Shown piece after piece: positions 33,484 to 45,971 of a DNA stretch of 64,000 nucleotides. A model generated the notes under the pieces. The model ran no database searches, was not told the origin of the DNA, and was given only the letters and a program-made list of their open reading frames with translations. Numbering within the stretch: position 1 is the first letter of the stretch; every line of letters begins with the position of its first letter. Location of the stretch: assembly GCA_014905635.1 (NCBI GenBank), contig JABVCE010000040.1, positions 1 through 64,000 of the forward strand, read 5' to 3'. Source of the DNA: Scenedesmus sp. PABB004 (lineage: Eukaryota). The translations under genes and the position numbers were made by a program.

Positions 33484-35677
33484 TCACAGCCCGCCGTGGT
33501 CCAGCGCCCCGAGCTCAACCGGCAGCTGCTTGAACGACCACAACCAGGCAGAGAAGCTCCCGTGCAGGCGCACCACCAGCCCCGGGCGCAGCGCGGCGCG
33601 CGCAACCTGCATGTCCGTGCCCGCGGGGTCGGCCGGGTCGTCTTCGCCGGCCAGGTCGGGACTGACCAGTTCCAACAGCGTCAACCGCGGCAGCAGCGCC
33701 TGCACGCCCAGGACCAGCGCCGGCGTGAGCCGCGGCGGCCAATCGCCTACGTGCAGCCGGGCACCGGCGCACGTGAAGCGTTCCAGCGACGAGCACGGCG
33801 CCAGCGCAGCCAGCAGGTGCACGTCGCTCACGCATTCTGGGTCAAACGCGGTGTATTCTTCGTACGAGCGCGCGAGGAGCAGGTCCAGGCACTTGAGGCC
33901 CGCCCAGCCGTCCAAGCGCGGGAGCACAGGCCCGGGCAGGGGCCCGCCGCACCAGGTCAGGTTGAGCGCCTCCAGCGCCGGCGACAGCGCCGGCCCGAGC
34001 GCCTTGAGCGCCGCCGCCGCCGCGTCGTCCAGTGCGCAGCGCAGGCCGAGCTCCAGCGACTCGAGTGCGAGGCCGCTGCTAGCAAGCTCGCGCACGACGC
34101 TGAGGCACTCTGCGTTGCTGAACACACCGGTCACGGCAAAGGCAATTAGGTTGGGCGCCAGCTCGGCCAGCCGCCAGCCGCCGGCGCCGGCGCCCCCCAG
34201 CCCGCAGGGGCGGTCAAGGCCCAGCTGGAACAGAGAGGGGGCCAGCTGCAGGCCAGGCGGCGGCGGCACCTGCGCGGACGGCGGCGGCAGGCACGCGCGG
34301 CCGCGCTGCCTGGGGCTGGCTGGCGAGGCCGCCGCGCAGCGCGCCACGGCCGGGTGCCGCCGCCCCGGCCCACCAGGGGGCGATGCCCACGAGCGTGGCG
34401 AGCTCCTGCAGCGCCGCCAGGGCCTCCCAGTCCCCGGGGTTGTGACGGCGAGCTGCGCCCCGCCCAGCCTGAGCGCCTCGAGCCGCGCCAGGCGCGCCAC
34501 GCTCGCCGGCAGCCGGCAGGACGGGCGCGGCGCGTGGCCGTGCGCCGTGCGCGCGGTGAGCAGGCCGCCGCGCAGCTCAAAGTTGAGCTGCCTGAGCCCG
34601 GCCGCCGCCGCGCCGCGCGCGAGCGCGTCCAGCGCGGGGGTGGGGAAGGCGTCGAACGCGGCGCTGCCGCGGGGCTCCGCGTAGTCGCACACGTCGACCG
34701 CCTGCAGCGCCGTGAGGCGGGCCGCGTGCGGGAGCCACGCGTCCAGCATGGCGCCGCTCATTCCCTTGAGCACCAGCGCGGTGAGGCCGGGCGGGAGCGC
34801 GGGCGCGTCGCGGTCCGCGGGCGCGACGCCCACCGCGACGAGCGCGGCGAGGTTGGTCAGGCCGGTCAGCGGCGAGAGGTCGGTCGAGATCGTCACGCCG
34901 CCGGGGTCGTCCTGGCTCCTGTCGCGCAGCGCCAGCGACGTAAGCTGCGTCAGGCCCGCGAGCGCGCGCACGTTCGGGGGCTGGGTGAGGATCAGCTGGA
35001 GGTGGCGCAGCGCGGGGAGGCCTGTGAGGGAAGGCAGCAGCGCCTCGATCGCCGCGTTGGCGGGCCTGCGAGCAGCGGCACGGGGGCGGCGCGCGGGGGG
35101 TGCGCCGGGCGCGCGGACGCCGCCGCCCGCCGCGGAGCGCGCAGCGCAGCGCGGGCGCTCCCGCGCTGCACGCGGCGCGGCGCGGCCAGCTGGCGGCGCG
35201 CCTGTCCGTGAACCCTGTGACCGGGCTGAGCTCCACCGTGAGCTCCACCTCGCGCAGCATGGGCCAGTGCAGCGACGCGTGGCCCAGCAGCGCCGCGAGG
35301 TTGGGGAGCTGTGTCGCTGATCTCGGTGCCTCGAAATGCAGCGAGCGCGCGGCCGAATACGCGAGGTGCGGGCGCATCGCTGCCACGTGCGCGGCACTCT
35401 CCTCGTCCGCCGCGACGAGCTCGATGATTGTCCGCGCCTGGCGTTTGATGAGTGCGGTGTGGGGCGCGGGTGTGGGGGAGAGGAGCCTGCGGCAGCAGCG
35501 GCGGTTGCAGCGGCGGCGGCGCACCCGACCGCAGAGCCGCGCGCAGCTGTTGGAGAGGTTCAGCTTGCTCGCACGGTCACAGAAGCTGAGTATGCAAGAA
35601 ATCAGGGCGTCGGGGAGCGCGAGCAGACGGCTGCCGCCGCCCGACGCCGCCGGGAGCCGGCCGTCGGCCGCGTCCAT
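33484..35677 (-). CDS. F-box-like / leucine-rich-repeat protein
   Basis: N-terminal LLALPDALISCILSFCD (F-box-like); LRR-like LTGLPALRHLQL, LAGLTQLTSLAL, LTGLTNLAAL. Probable frameshifts near 34432 and 33508, so the true C-terminus is uncertain. Confidence 0.65.
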
Positions 35678-35964
35678 CGCTGCTGCTGCTGCTGCCCAAG
35701 TAGAGCCCGCTGCTGCTGGTTGGCGCGCCGCAGATCGCGGGAAGGTGCGCCGCGGATCGCTGAAACGCCTGTGCGCTCGGCAGGGAGATCGGCCGTCCGG
35801 GGCGGCGGTCGGCGGCAGCGGCGGGCAGCGGGCGGCGCTGCGCTGGGGCTGCAGTGTGTGTGCTGCTGGTCAAACGGGGAGCCCGGTCGGTGGTGATCGC
35901 GCAGGTGGTGCCGGTGGGACGCCGCCGCGAGGCTTCAGACCGCCGCCGCCGCGCCGCAGAGCCC

Positions 35965-38464
35965 TCACGCGTTTGAACACGCGGCGCCGCCGGCCGTCGG
36001 CTCAGCGACCGGCCGGACGGCCAAGCCCCCCTCGCCATCACACTCCCGCACGCGCACCTCCTGCGGCGGCGGCGGCGGCGCGCGCAGGTCGGCCGGCCCC
36101 CGAGCGCGCTCCGCTCGGAGTGGCGGCGCCGCCGACCCCGGGGCGCGCACCGTGGGCGCGATGCGCATGCGCTTGAGCTGGCGGCGCAGGGCGGGCACCT
36201 GGTCCCTCTTGACCAGGCTCACGACGGCCCCCGGGCGCCCCATGCGCCCCGTGCGGCCCGCCCTGCGCGGCGGCGACGGGGCGCGGGTGGGTGCGCAGCG
36301 CGCGCGCGGGGGCGGGCGCGCGTGTGGCGACCGCCGGCCCCGCCAGCCCCCCGGCCCGCCGCCAGCCCCCGCCCCGCCCCGCCGGGCGCGCGCGCGCGCG
36401 CCTGTGGACGTACTCCCGCAGCGACGGCGCGAGCGACTCGACCTGCGCACGGTCGGCCGCGCGCGCGCGCGCGCGTCGGCGGCGGCGCGCGGCGCACGCG
36501 CGCGCAACACCCCGCGGACCCGCGGCGCGCACAAAACGCCCCGGCCCCGCGGCGGCGCGCGCCTGGAGCACCACGTCGACGGCCCTGAAGTCCAGGCCGA
36601 GGCTGAAGGCGTCCGACACGACCAGCGCGGGCAGGCGGCCGCCGTTGAACGCGGCCAGCACCGACGCGCGCGCCTGCGCCTCCGCGGCGCCGTCGAGGAC
36701 GCCCACCTACGGTGCGGCGTGGGTGCGGGCGCGCGCGGGGCGTCGCGCGCGGCCGGGCCGCTTGAGCACGCGCCGCGCCGCCGCCGCCGACGTCGCCGCC
36801 GCCGGCGCCTGCTCGACGCCGCACCTGCGCGCCGCGCTGCTCCAGCTCCCAGTGCGTGGACGCCGCGCTCGTGCGCCGGCCGCAGAAGACGAGCACCTTC
36901 TTGCCCTCCGCCCGGTACGCGGCGAGGCACTGCGCCAGCTTGCTCAGCGGGTGGCCGTGGCTGTAGGTCAGATAGTGGTGCTCAATGCACTCCGGCAGGC
37001 TCGGCAGCCGCGTGCCGGGCTGGCCGGCCGCGCCGTCCGCGCCGGGCTCCAGCAGCTGCGCGCCGCCGGCCGCGCCGCCCGCGGCGGCGCTGGCGCCGGC
37101 GCCCGGCGCCGGCGGCGCGACGAGCAGCGGCCGCGTCGCGGCCCAGGCGGGCGCGCGCGCGAGCGCCGAGGGCTGCAGGCTCGCCGACACCAGGACGACC
37201 TGGAACTGCTGCAGCACCCGCGCCATCGGCGACGCGGTGCTGCCCGCCGGCGCGGCGCCGCGCGGCGGTGTCTCGGCCGGCGGCGGCGGCGAGCCCCCGG
37301 GCGCGGCGCCGCCCGCTCGCCGCGCCGCCTTGAGCTCGCGGCGCGCCGCCGCCTCGTCTGCCGCGAAGGCCTCCGGGTCAGCCAGCGCGCGCACCAGCTC
37401 CCGCATGTCGCCCATCGCCAGCAGCCTGTCCGCCTGGCCGCGGCGGCGCCGGCAGCGCGGCCAGGCGCGTCGCGCGCGGCGCGGGCGCGCGCGGCCGCCG
37501 CCGCGCCAGCGTGTGCCGGAGCGCCGGCGCGCCCCGCCGCCGCACCTCCTCCAGCACCAGCGTCAGCCGCGGCCCGCCGCGCGCGCCGGCCCAGGGGATC
37601 GCTGGGAATGCCTTCTTGAACACGCCCTGCTTGGTCACCGTCTTGAGCAGCCGCCCCGGCGTCGCCACCACGAGCGCGGGGCGGTGCTCGGCCAGCGCTT
37701 CCAGCTGGCGCAGCGGGTTGGCGCCCCCTGCGCGCCGCCGGCCGGTGGTAAACGGACAACCTACCAGCTACTTGGCTGGCTGGCCGCGCGCGGCGCGGCG
37801 CGGCGCCGCACCCACGAGCGGCTGCACCGCGCGCCGCGCGCTTGGCATGAGGTCTCGCGCTGCGTGCACCACCTGCATGCACAGGTCCTGCGTCGGAGCG
37901 ACCACCAGCGCCTGCGCCAGCGGCGGCGGGCGCGGGCACAGGCGGCCGTCGGCCCCCTCCGCCTGCCCCGCGCGGCGCTCGCCGCCGCGACCCCGCCGCG
38001 CCGCGCCCCTGCAGGCAGGCGCCCCGCACCCGCGCGTGGCTGGCCGCGCCGGCCGCGCTCTCCCAGGGCTGCAGCGCAGTCAGCAGCGGCAGCAGGTACG
38101 CAAGAGTCTTGCCCGTCCCCGTGGGGCTCTGGATCGACACGTTGCGCCCGCTGAGCACCGCCGCCATCGCCGCCGCCTGCACCGGCGTCGGCGCGGCCTT
38201 GCCCTGCCGCCGCAGCTCGGCGCGCAGCAGCGGCGCCACGCCGAGCGCCTCCCAGCCGTCCGGCGGCGGCTGGCCGCCGTCGGCGCTCCCGGCCAGGCCG
38301 TGCGCCGGCCGCCGCTGCGCTGCGCCGCTGGCGCCGGGCGGCGCCCAGAGCGAGGGCCACTGCTCCAGCTGCCCCTGCTGCTGCAGCGGCAGCGCGGCGC
38401 CCGCGAGCGCGCGGCGCACCAGCGCCGCCGCGAGCGCGGCGCGGCGGCAGGGCGCTGCTGACAT
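35965..38464 (-). CDS. DEAD-box-like RNA helicase with degenerate motifs, probably organellar
   Basis: Q motif PTPVQ, motif I SPTGTGKT, VVATPGRL, motif II VLEE/AD, motif III SAS, motif V SDAFSLGLD, motif VI YVHR/AGRTGRMG. Confidence 0.88.
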
Positions 38465-38782
38465 GCCTGGAACGCCCGGGGCCAGCTCAGTGTTTTGGCC
38501 CTGCCCGGTCTGGCAGCAGCGCGTCGTTAGTGCGTCGCGCAGCAACCGCCGCTGTCGCCGCCGCCGGGCGCGTGGGGCGCTGCGCCGGACCGCCCTGCCT
38601 CCATGCGGCCCCGAATCGCCACCGGATCGCATCTCCGGGGCCCGCCCGACTCTCCCGGGCCCGTCGAGACTCCGTCTCCGCGCACGCCCGGCGCCTGCGC
38701 GCGCCAGCGCCCTCATTGGCCGGCGCGCGTGCTCGTGAGGCAATCCCACAGCCCCGTGTGCCGGACGCGCCGCCGCAGCGCG

Positions 38783-40214
38783 ATGCGCGCGGCACAGGCA
38801 GTCGGCGGCGGGCCGGCCGCGCAGCTGCCGCCGCCGCGCCGGCCGTGGCGCGCCCTGCGGAGCTCCCTGCCACCTGCAGGCGCGGTGACGCCGGTTCCGA
38901 GCTGGCCCTGCGCCGCGCTGGAGGGACGCCGGCGGCGTGGCGGCGCGGCGCGGGCGGCGCAGAGCCTGTCGGCCACGCCCGAGAGCAGCGTCGACGAGGC
39001 GGCGGCGGCTGGCGCGGCCGACGCCCTGCGCGCGGCACACGTGCCGGAGGTCCCGCCCGAGGCGCTGTTTGACGAGCAGCAGATCTCGGGCTGGTCGCCC
39101 CCTCTCGCTGCGTACGCTCCGCTCGGCGCGGTGCTCGCGACGCTGCGCTTTGCCGCCTGGATCGCGGGTGCGCGCGCCGGCCGGGCGCGCCGCCGGCGCG
39201 CCACGCCGCCCCGTCCCTCCGTGTCCGCGCCCCCCACCCCGCCGAGCGCCGCCGCCGCGGCGCGCGGGCAGGCATCGCGGCGGACCAGCCCTGGTTCCGG
39301 GAGCGCGGCGTCGTGGACGCCTTTCTGTCGCTGCTCGGCGTGCGCGTGGTCTGGCGCGGCGAGCAGCACCTGCCGCCGCACGGGACGCGGCACGTGCTCG
39401 TGAGCAACCACGTGAGCGTGGGCGACCTGCTGGTCCTCTTCACGCGCCCGCAGCGCCACGTCCACCTCATCACCAGCGCGCTGCCGCCGCCCGTCTACGC
39501 GGCGCGGCACCTGCCCGCCATCCTGCGCCCCGCGAACAAGGCGACGTACGAGGCGATCGCGTGCGAGGTCGCCGCCGCGGCGCAGCGCCACTCGCCGCCG
39601 CCGCCGCAGCACCACGGCCTCCAGCGGCCGCAGCACCAGCACCAGCAGCAGCGCGGGCAGGCGGCGGCCGAGGCGGACGCGGAGGCGGCGGAGGCGCCGG
39701 TGCACCTCTTCCCCGAGGGCGGCATGACCAACGGGCGGGGCATGATGCGGTTCAGCCGAGGCTTCATGATCTTTGCGGGTGCGCCGGGGAAGGCCGCGGC
39801 CCCGCGCCGCGCGCCGCCAGCGCGGCGCGCCTGACGCACGCCGCCGCCGCCGGCCGCGCTGCGCCACCGCCACCGCCGCCGCCGCCGGCACCGCCGTGCG
39901 CCGCAGACGGGCTGCCGGTCGTGCCCGTCGCGCTGCGGGTGCGGACCGCGTTCCCGGAGGTGCGCTGCCACACGCTGGACAGCAGCTTCCTGGCCAACCT
40001 CTGGTGGTTCAGCTTCCAGCCCTGGACTGAGCTCGAGGCGACCGCGCTGCCTGCGATGACGCTCGCGCCGGGCGAGAGCAAGGCGGCGTTTGTCGCGCGC
40101 GTGCAGCTCGCGATCGCGGCCGAGCTCGGCGCGTGGGTCGCGGACGTCAACATCCAGCAGAAGCGCGCCCGCGCGCAGGCCCGCGCCAAGGGCAGCGCGC
40201 CCGCGCGGCGGTGA
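38783..40214 (+). CDS. PlsC-type (lyso)phospholipid acyltransferase (LPCAT/AUP1-like), 3 exons
   Basis: Catalytic NHVSVGD (Hx4D), LFPEGGMTNGRGMMRFSRG, LPVVPVAL, FVARVQLAIAAELG; transit-peptide-like N-terminus. Confidence 0.85.
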
Positions 40215-40845
40215 CGGCGGCGGGCGGTGGCGGGCGGCCAGCGGCCGCGCGCGCGTGATCGAGGGACTGGACCGGATGGTGTGTGGGCGGCGACTTCTGC
40301 GCGCATGGCACTGAGTTTTGGGTTTGGCGGTGTTGGTGTGTTGGCACGGCAGCGGCGGCGGCCGAATCGGTGAACGGACTGTCCAGCGGCGGGGTCGCGC
40401 CGCCGGGGGCACGCGCGCCGCTGCGCGCCGCGCGGCGCGGCGGTTCCGCCCGCGCGGCGGCGGGCGCGGCGGTGTTTTGGTCGACTAGGTGTGCGGTGGC
40501 GCGCGTGACGTGACGGCCGGCCTCGGCCGCCGGAGGAGAGGGGCGCGCTCAGCAGCAGCGGTGACCGGGCGGGCGGCGGCCGCGCGCCGGCGGTGCGTGC
40601 GGCGGCGGCGGCGGCGCGGCGTGTGCAGTGTTGGTGCTGGCGGCTGGGCGCATCCTGGGGCGGCCCCGGCGTTGAACCCGCCAGGACTGTTCGCGTGCCG
40701 GTTGGCGCGGCAGTCTACGACCGTACCGCGGCCGCCCCGCCCGCTCGGCATTAAAGCGCCGCGCTCCCCGGACGCCACACGCACCCCGGAGCCCGCGCGC
40801 CCGCCCAACCGCCGCCGACCGCTTTTTGTGTTCAGCCTGCGCATC

Positions 40846-41398
40846 ATGTCGGTCGCGGGAAGCCTCGTGATGACGGTGGGTTGATGCCGCGGGTCCCTGC
40901 ATCGCGCGGGCGGCCGCGCGGGCATGCGCGCGGGGCGACGGCGCCGTGCGGTGTCCCGGAGGCGGGATGCCGCGAAGGCAGCGGCCCGCGCGCGCGGCCC
41001 GAGCGTTGCCCGCCCCCGCTGCGCCCCCCAGTTCACGCCCATCTTCGCGGCGGGCGGCCTGGCCGTCGCGTTCGTCAAGAAGCACGACGCCGCCAACCCG
41101 CCGCTGTGAGAGCCGCCGCCGCCGCCGTCGCGCCGCGCCGCGGCCGCGCCGCGCTGCGCCGGGCGGGCCCTGCAGCGGCACGGCCACCGGGGCGGCCGGC
41201 GCCGCGCGGCGGCCCGTGCTGCAAGGCCTGCGGCGGCCGCCGCCGCGCGCGCCCGCTCACCGCTGCGCGCGCGCCGCCGCTGCCCGCCCCCGCCGCAGCA
41301 AGCACTGGGCGGTGCAGCGCCGCAAGGAGGCGGACAAGGCGTTCCCCACGCCCAACCGCTGGCTCAACTTTGCGATCTGCCTCGCGCACGGCACCTGA
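40846..41398 (+). CDS. Small spliced protein of 67 aa with one hydrophobic segment
   Basis: Exons 40846-40875, 41032-41105 and 41299-41398 with phase-compatible GT-AG introns give MSVAGSLVMTFTPIFAAGGLAVAFVKKHDAANPPLKHWAVQRRKEADKAFPTPNRWLNFAICLAHGT; almost all codons end in G/C. Confidence 0.75.
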
Positions 41399-42091
41399 GC
41401 GGCGACGTCGGCGCGCGCGCCGCCCGTGGACCGGGGGTTTTGTTTATGATCCATGATCATGTTGGAGGATGGCGGCTCGACGGCGGCCTCGCGATGGCGG
41501 GGAACAAACGACGGCGGCGGGACGCAGCGGTGGGGCGCACCTGTACCAGTTTTTACGGGGGTGGGCGGGCGGGCGGGCGGCCGCGGGGCGCGGCGGCCAC
41601 GCCGCGCCCCGGGCCGCCGCCCGGCGCGCTCGTGCGCGCCGGCCGCGCCGCACACATGCCGCGCCGCGCACACGCGGTCGCCGCCTTTTGCACTGACACA
41701 CACGCACTCTCGGGCTCCCTCCGGCGACGACGGCGGCGGGCGGGGCGCCGCGCGCGCGCGCGGCGCCCGCCGGCGGCGGGCCCTGCGCAGATTGCGCACG
41801 GACATGCTGCGACGCATGCGCGGGATTCATTGATCAGACCCCCGCGCTCCCCTGTGCCCCTGTGCCACCACCAGGCCCCACCTGCCTGCGCTTTGCTCGC
41901 TTTGCGGTCGCGGACGCACACTGCACTCGCCGGCACGCGCTGCCGGCAGCGGCCCCATCTGCACTCTGTCGGCGGGTCGGGCGAACGACGACGCGGGCGT
42001 CCGCGTTGCAACAACGCAGTCGCGGCCCCGCCCCGGCCGCCCCGGCGCTGCAGCTGCAGCCCCGCGCGGCGCGCTGCGCTGCGCTGCGCGC

Positions 42092-42823
42092 TCAGCCGCC
42101 CGTGAGCGTGAGCGCCTCGCTGCACAGCTCCGCGAGCGCGCGCGCACCGCCGCCCTCGGCCGCCGCGGGCAGCGCGCCCTTGTGCTCCGATGCGTACCAG
42201 TGCTCCTCGAGCTCCGACAGCAGCACCTCTGCGGCCGGCAGGGGCGGTCGGCGAGCTGTGCGCGCCGCGCGCCCGCCCGCCCGGCCGCCGCGCGCCGCTG
42301 CGCGCCGCTGCGCGCGCCGCCCCCGCGCGCGCGCGCACCCGCGTCGCGCTTGATCTGCTCGAGGCCGCGGCCGACGTTGTAGCGGTCGTACGCGAGCTGG
42401 CTGCCCACGGCGTGCAGGTTGGCCATCAGCGCGTCGACGTCCGACACCACCGCGCCGCGCTTCAGCGTGCTCACCGTCTGCACGCACTGGTGGCCTGCGC
42501 GCGCGGGGCGGCGCCGGCGGCGCGTCGGGCGCAGGCGGCTGGCCGCCCGCGGGGCGCCGGCGGCGCCGGCGCAGGCGCCGCGCACCCGCTGCGAGCAGGC
42601 GCTCAGCCATGACCTCTAGAAGCTCCCCCGGCACGCGGCGCTCGCGGCCCGCGCTCCCGCCGTCGCCGCGGCCGCCGCCGCCCTCCTCGCCGTCCAGGCC
42701 GTCGCGCGTCGCCTTGACCAGGTTTGTCATGTGCTCCACCAGCGACACCAGCTCCGTGTTGAGCCGCGTGTAGAGCTCAAGGTCGGTGTTGGCGCCGGCG
42801 CCGCCGGCGCCCGCCGCTGCCAT
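42092..42823 (-). CDS. MED22: Mediator subunit 22 (Srb6)-like, 3 exons
   Basis: RLNTELVSLVEHMTNLVKA, EVMAERLLAA, VQTVSTLKRGAVVSD and LLSELEEHWYAS resemble plant MED22. Confidence 0.78.
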   Translation of the reverse strand: MAAAGAGGAGANTDLELYTRLNTELVSLVEHMTNLVKATRDGLDGEEGGGGRGDGGSAGRERRVPGELLEVMAERLLAAGARRLRRRRRRPAGGQPPAPDAPPAPPRARRPPVRADGEHAEARRGGVGRRRADGQPARRGQPARVRPLQRRPRPRADQARRGCARARGRRAQRRAAARGGRAGGRAARTARRPPLPAAEVLLSELEEHWYASEHKGALPAAAEGGGARALAELCSEALTLTGG

Positions 42824-43251
42824 GCCCCCCGCGCCGCCGCCGCCGCCGCCGCCGCACCGGCCGGCGCACGGGCTGTGTCCAGGGGAGGGGGTAAGGCTGG
42901 GGAGCGACCTGAGCCGCCGGGGGGCGGATCGGCGAGCCGGCGAGCGGCGAGCGGCGGGCGAGCAGCAGTGCGAGCGGCGAGCGGCGCGGCGCGTGCGGCG
43001 TGGGGTCGGTGCGGCGTGGCTGCTGCTGGGACGGGGGAGCGAGTGGAGTGGCGGTGACAACCTGCACGCCGGGTGCTGGTCGCTCTCTCGCTTGAGCCCT
43101 CGTGCGTCGCGCCGCTGCAGCGCGCTCACCGCCTCCCGGCGCCGCCGCAGCACGCGGCGCGCACTGACCCCGCCCGCCGACGCCCTTCCCAGAGCAAACG
43201 GCAGCGCCGCCCGCGACCGTGCAGCGACGCCGCTGCCGAGCCGCCGGCGCG

Positions 43252-43995
43252 ATGGCCAACCGGTCCGCTCTCAGCGCGCGGCTGGCGAACATGGGCTTCA
43301 TGAAGCGCGCGACGGGAGGGGCAGCAGCGCCGCCGCCGGCCGGCGGCGGCAGCGGCAGCGGCGGCGCGGCTGCGCGGCCAGCAGCCGGCGGCGAGCGGCA
43401 GTCGCGGCACGGCCGGCAGTCGCAGCAGTCGCAGGAGCAGCAGCAGGAGCAGCAGCAGCAGGAGCAGCAGCAGGCACAGCAGTCACAGCCGCAGCAGCAG
43501 CCGGAGCAGCACGCGCCGTCGGCGGGCAAGCCGGTCGCGCTGTCGAGCCGGCTGTCGGGCATGAAGTTTATGCAGCGCGCCGCGGCGGCCAAGCGCGGCT
43601 ACGCCGAGGCGCTGGGCGAGGGCGAGGCGGCGCGGGCGGACGCGGAGTGGGTCGCGCCCGGCCAGGGCGGCGGCCCGGGCGGCGGCGGCGCCGCGGGCGG
43701 CTGCAGGATCATCCAGGAGCGCGACCCGCTGCCGCGCGGCGTGTGCGGGCGGCGGTCGTTCGGCGCGTTCAACCCCGAGACGGAGCGGCTGCAGGAGGAG
43801 GCGGACGCCGTCGCGGAGGGCCGGCCGCCGCCGTCGGCGCTCGCGGCCGCCGCCGCGGCAGCCGCCGCGGCCGCCGGCGGCGAGCAGGACGGCGTGTCGG
43901 TCAGCGACGACGCGATGGCGGGCTGGGGCAGGGGCAAGAGCGTGCTCACCTCGCTGCGCATGCAGCGCACGCAGAAGCGGCAGCGCGTGGGCTGA
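43252..43995 (+). CDS. MPP6: M-phase phosphoprotein 6-like exosome cofactor, single exon
   Basis: LSSRLSGMKFMQR and GRRSFGAFNPETERL are the MPP6 family signatures. Confidence 0.82.
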   Translation: MANRSALSARLANMGFMKRATGGAAAPPPAGGGSGSGGAAARPAAGGERQSRHGRQSQQSQEQQQEQQQQEQQQAQQSQPQQQPEQHAPSAGKPVALSSRLSGMKFMQRAAAAKRGYAEALGEGEAARADAEWVAPGQGGGPGGGGAAGGCRIIQERDPLPRGVCGRRSFGAFNPETERLQEEADAVAEGRPPPSALAAAAAAAAAAAGGEQDGVSVSDDAMAGWGRGKSVLTSLRMQRTQKRQRVG

Positions 43996-44105
43996 GCGGC
44001 GGCGGCAGCGGCGGCGCGCGGGCCGGGCCGCGGTTGCGCGCGCTGCAGCAGCAGCGCCGCGGTGACGCAGCGGACGGCCGTCGGTCGCGCCCGCGCGCGC
44101 CAGTT

Positions 44106-45307
44106 TCACTCGCACTCGCGCTCGCCGCGCTCCACGACCGCGCCCGCGCCGCGCACGAGCACGCGCCCCGGCGGCGCGGCCGGCGGCACGAGCACCTCGA
44201 GCACGCCGCCGCGCGCGCTGAGCTGCGCGGCGCGCAGCACCGGCCGCGGGGCAGAAACTTCAGTCTCGCCCAGCGCGGCCGCCCAGTAGGGGCCCAGCAC
44301 GGCGTGCGCCGAGCCGGTCACCGGGTCCTCATCAACTGCCAGCCAGGGCGCGAAGAAGCGAGAAACAAAGTCGACGGCGTCCGGCTGGCCGTCCGCGGCC
44401 GCGCCCGGGCCGTCGGCGCCGCGGCAGGTGACGATCACGCCGCCGACCGCGCCCGGCGGCGCGGCGCCCAGCAGCGCGGCGGGGTCGGGCGCGAGGCGCG
44501 TCAGCGCGGCGGCGCCGGTGAAGCGTGGCGCCAGCACGACCAGCAGGTAGCGGAGCGGCGCCGAGAAGCCGACGTGCGCCACCGCGCCGGCCAGCCAGTC
44601 CGACTCCACGCCCGCGTCCGCGCCGGGCGGCGGCGCGCCGGGCAGGCCGCGCAGGCACGCGGCGAGCAGGCGCGCGAGCGGCGGGCCGCCGGCGAGCAGG
44701 GCCGCCACCGGCGCGCCGCTCGCGCCGCCGGCGGGGACGAGCGCCGCTGGCAGCGGGTCGGTCGCGGCGCACAGCGGCAGCGCCATCTCCAGCAGCGCCC
44801 CGCCCCCGCCCCCGCCGCCGTCGCCGGCCTGCTGCCGCGTGACCGTCAGCGGGCCGCTGAGCGTCTCGAAGCGCAGCGCCGGCGCCGCGTTGCCGCACTC
44901 TGAGAAGATGGTCGCCGCGCTCGCCAGCGTCGCGTGGCCACAGAGAGGAACCTCCGAGCCCGGCGTGAACCACCGGAGACGGAACGCGTCGGCGGTCGCA
45001 AACGCATCCGGCGACGCACTGCCGGGGTCGAGCTGTCGGCGGGAGGCGGCGGCGGGCGGCGGTGGCGTGCGCGCCGTGCGCGCGGTGGTCAGCAGGCAGT
45101 TGCTTCGCTGCGCCGCCGCGGCGGCCTCACCGGCTCGACGAACGCCGTCTCCGACAGCCCGATCGCCGCCGCGAGGCGCTGCCGCAGGCCGTCCGTCGCA
45201 GCCGCGAGCTGGTCCGGCGCCAGCAGCACGACCGCGGCGGGGTTGCCGCTCGTCGCCGCCGCGCCCGGCAGCGTGAAGGCGTTGGCGATGTACACCGTGA
45301 GCCGCAT
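44106..45307 (-). CDS. PhzF/PBLD family isomerase-like protein, 2 exons
   Basis: ANAFT..GNPAAV, LSETAFV, LRWFTPGSEVPLCGHATLA, SRFFAPWLAVDEDPVTGSAH. Confidence 0.93.
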
Positions 45308-45971
45308 GGCGGCCGGCAGCAGGCCTGCCACGCGCAGCGGGCGGCGGGGGTGCGCGGCAGCGGGGACGGCGGCGGCGGAGCGCGCGGCTGGCAGCAGCGA
45401 CGGCCGTGGCGGCGGCGGCAGCGGCGGGGGCCAGGCGGGGGGCGCCGTCTCGTGAGCGTGAGGGGAGGGGGCGTTGGAGTGAGGGGCGGAGGGCGTGGGC
45501 GCGGGCCGCGGCCCGCCGGGGCACAGCGCGGTGCCGCCAGCTCGCCGCTGCCTTGAGCGCGCCGCCCCACGCCGCCCTACGCCGCGCCCCCAGCCACCAC
45601 CCCACCGCTGACCGGCACGCAAACCGAAACCCTGGGCCCGCCCACGTCGTCCCCGGCTGCGCGCCCGCGCCCCAGCGCTCGGCAGCAGCCGTCCGCGCGG
45701 CCCGGAGCTGCCGCGTGCGGCAGGTGCGGCGCCTGCGTGTCGGTGGCATCGGTACGGGCCCATGCGCGCGGGCGCACGGCCGGCGGCCGCGCCGCCGCGC
45801 CCGAGGCGGCGCGCGCAGCAGCGGCGCGCTGCGGCGGGGCGCCGCGCCCGCCCGGGGCGCGGGTTGCGGCCGGCGCCCGTCGCGGACGCTCGTTCACGTC
45901 CACAGCGCGCCACCACCGCCGCCCTGAGCGCACCACGCCGCCGCCGCGCCGCCGCCGCGGCGCAGGCGGCC

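Noticed and set aside
33484..33486. Selenocysteine or readthrough at the F-box gene TGA
   Set aside because: The coding-like continuation (CEDEAELRALQ) is in another frame, which is better explained by an indel in a G run.
44106..45307. Phenazine biosynthetic cluster
   Set aside because: A lone PhzF/PBLD homologue, common in eukaryotes; no other phz genes.
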